Origin: Lingula anatina
Lineage: Eukaryota > Animalia > Brachiopoda
Assembly: GCA_051362555.1 (NCBI GenBank)
Contig: CM120648.1
Location: 17,046,587 to 17,110,586, forward strand
Direction of reading: 5' to 3'
DNA: 64,000 nt
Shown: piece by piece, positions 62,701 to 64,000 of the stretch
How positions within the stretch are numbered: the first letter of the stretch is position 1
How the letters are laid out: the number at the start of each line of letters is the position of its first letter
The notes under the pieces: generated by a model
What the model was told of the DNA's origin: nothing
The model's database searches: none
Seen by the model: only the letters and a program-made list of their open reading frames with translations
Made by a program: the position numbers and the translations under genes

Positions 62701-63746
62701 ACAGTTCTGTAGACATTCCTAAGTATGGACAAAAAAGAACATGTATTCAGACCTACAGGAAGACAGAGTTAGACAGACAGACAGATAGATATCAAAACTC
62801 GCGTACGCCACAAAATGTCCATGTATTTTCCAGAGGAAAACTGGAATCTATTGCCGTCTATCCACGTACTAATCAGTCGTCAACAAGAATTTATACTAAC
62901 GTATGGGTGAGCCAACATGCCATCATTTCGGACCCATTCCCATATAGACAACATCGGTCTACAGGTGCGTGAAACGACCCAAAACTGCTGGGATTCTCAC
63001 AGATGGCAATCACTTTAACAGATTAACAAGCTCCTGGCGTTCAATAGAATGCAGCAAAGATGATGATTATAAAAGTACATTGGAACAAAAGGAGGAGGTT
63101 CCCTGCAGAGCTGGGTCGAATTGCGTGGATCACTGGTGTGTCTGTGGGGTCCTAGTCTGGTTGGCATATGACCAACCCATTCTCCGTTAAACTAAAAAAA
63201 AATCCTCCTCTAAGAAACGACAGCGTTCTCTAGTGTTTTAAACCCCGCTTGAACAAGGCAGACAGACGTCGTTTAACACATGTTGTTATGCCCAGTGGAC
63301 AGTTTACACAGTTTTAAACCAAAAAGGTATCACATAAGAACATATTAGTTCCACCGAGAGAAAACACTTTGGCAGAATAATCCATTTTAAAGCATCACTG
63401 GGGATAAAAACGCAGTTAAATGGTACCACTAAGGTTTTTGTATATTATGAAAACTAGGAGGACTCACCAAATGCATCCGTTCATGCCGCAGCCAGTAGCA
63501 GTTGTGACGAAAACGGGGAAAGGTGGCCACTGTCGGTTCCCAATATTCAGCAGGGAAAGCGAAGCACAAATACAGATACTTCTAGCCTCATAACCATACA
63601 TAAAGTATAGATAAATGCCACAAAAGAAATGAAATAATTAAGATTTCAAACATATGTTGATCGGGGCGTTTACTCTAACTCATATTACAAGATATTTTTT
63701 CATAAACTTTTGTTCGGAATAGCATAACTATACACCACTAATTATT

Positions 63747-63882
63747 GGGGGGGGGGGGGGGGGGGTAGAACTAACTGAACCTTTTTCGTCCACTCTGGGT
63801 AAAATTAGATCTTGGACAGTTTCATTGTAAATGTTCCACTTTTTCAGAAAGCCCCCCCTCTTGAATTTGCAGGCTACGGATC
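63747..63882 (-). mobile_element. MITE family F diverged copy
   Basis: GTCCACTCTGGGTAAAATT..CCACTTTTTCAGAAA..GGCTACGG is the reverse complement of the 29896 element. Confidence 0.7.
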
Positions 63883-64000
63883 ATAAATAAAGGAAATAAA
63901 TATAAAGATAGAAAAAGATGACTTTGCATATGTATGATTAAGCTCTCTGACACAAATGAAACTTATGGAAGTATAAACAGCACTATAAAATATCCTTGAC

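Overview
This is AT-rich animal (invertebrate, probably lophotrochozoan) nuclear DNA with no prokaryotic features. Bases 1-7619 hold the 5' part of an apparently intact Ty3/Gypsy LTR retrotransposon on the minus strand: LTR, tRNA-Ser-type PBS, ~800-nt leader, an 817-aa Gag, and a -1-frame Pol (PR-RT-RNase H-integrase start) that runs off the window edge and is therefore missing from the ORF track. This element is the most unusual thing here. Its Gag begins with a ComEA-like helix-hairpin-helix motif and ends in a Q/N/F-rich tail. Gag-Pol is joined by a U_UUA_AAC slippery site with a predicted pseudoknot. The leader carries canonical splice signals that would excise the PBS. Bases 12217-13455 encode an intronless myosuppressin/DMSR-1-type neuropeptide GPCR on the minus strand. 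The remaining ~50 kb is non-coding and dense in non-autonomous DNA transposons: several PIF/Harbinger-like MITE families, hAT5-like, Kolobok-like, and a 3.3-kb CAC..GTG element with a 4-bp TSD sitting inside a three-level nest. Minisatellites and microsatellites are also present. All calls are by eye; no database searches were run.
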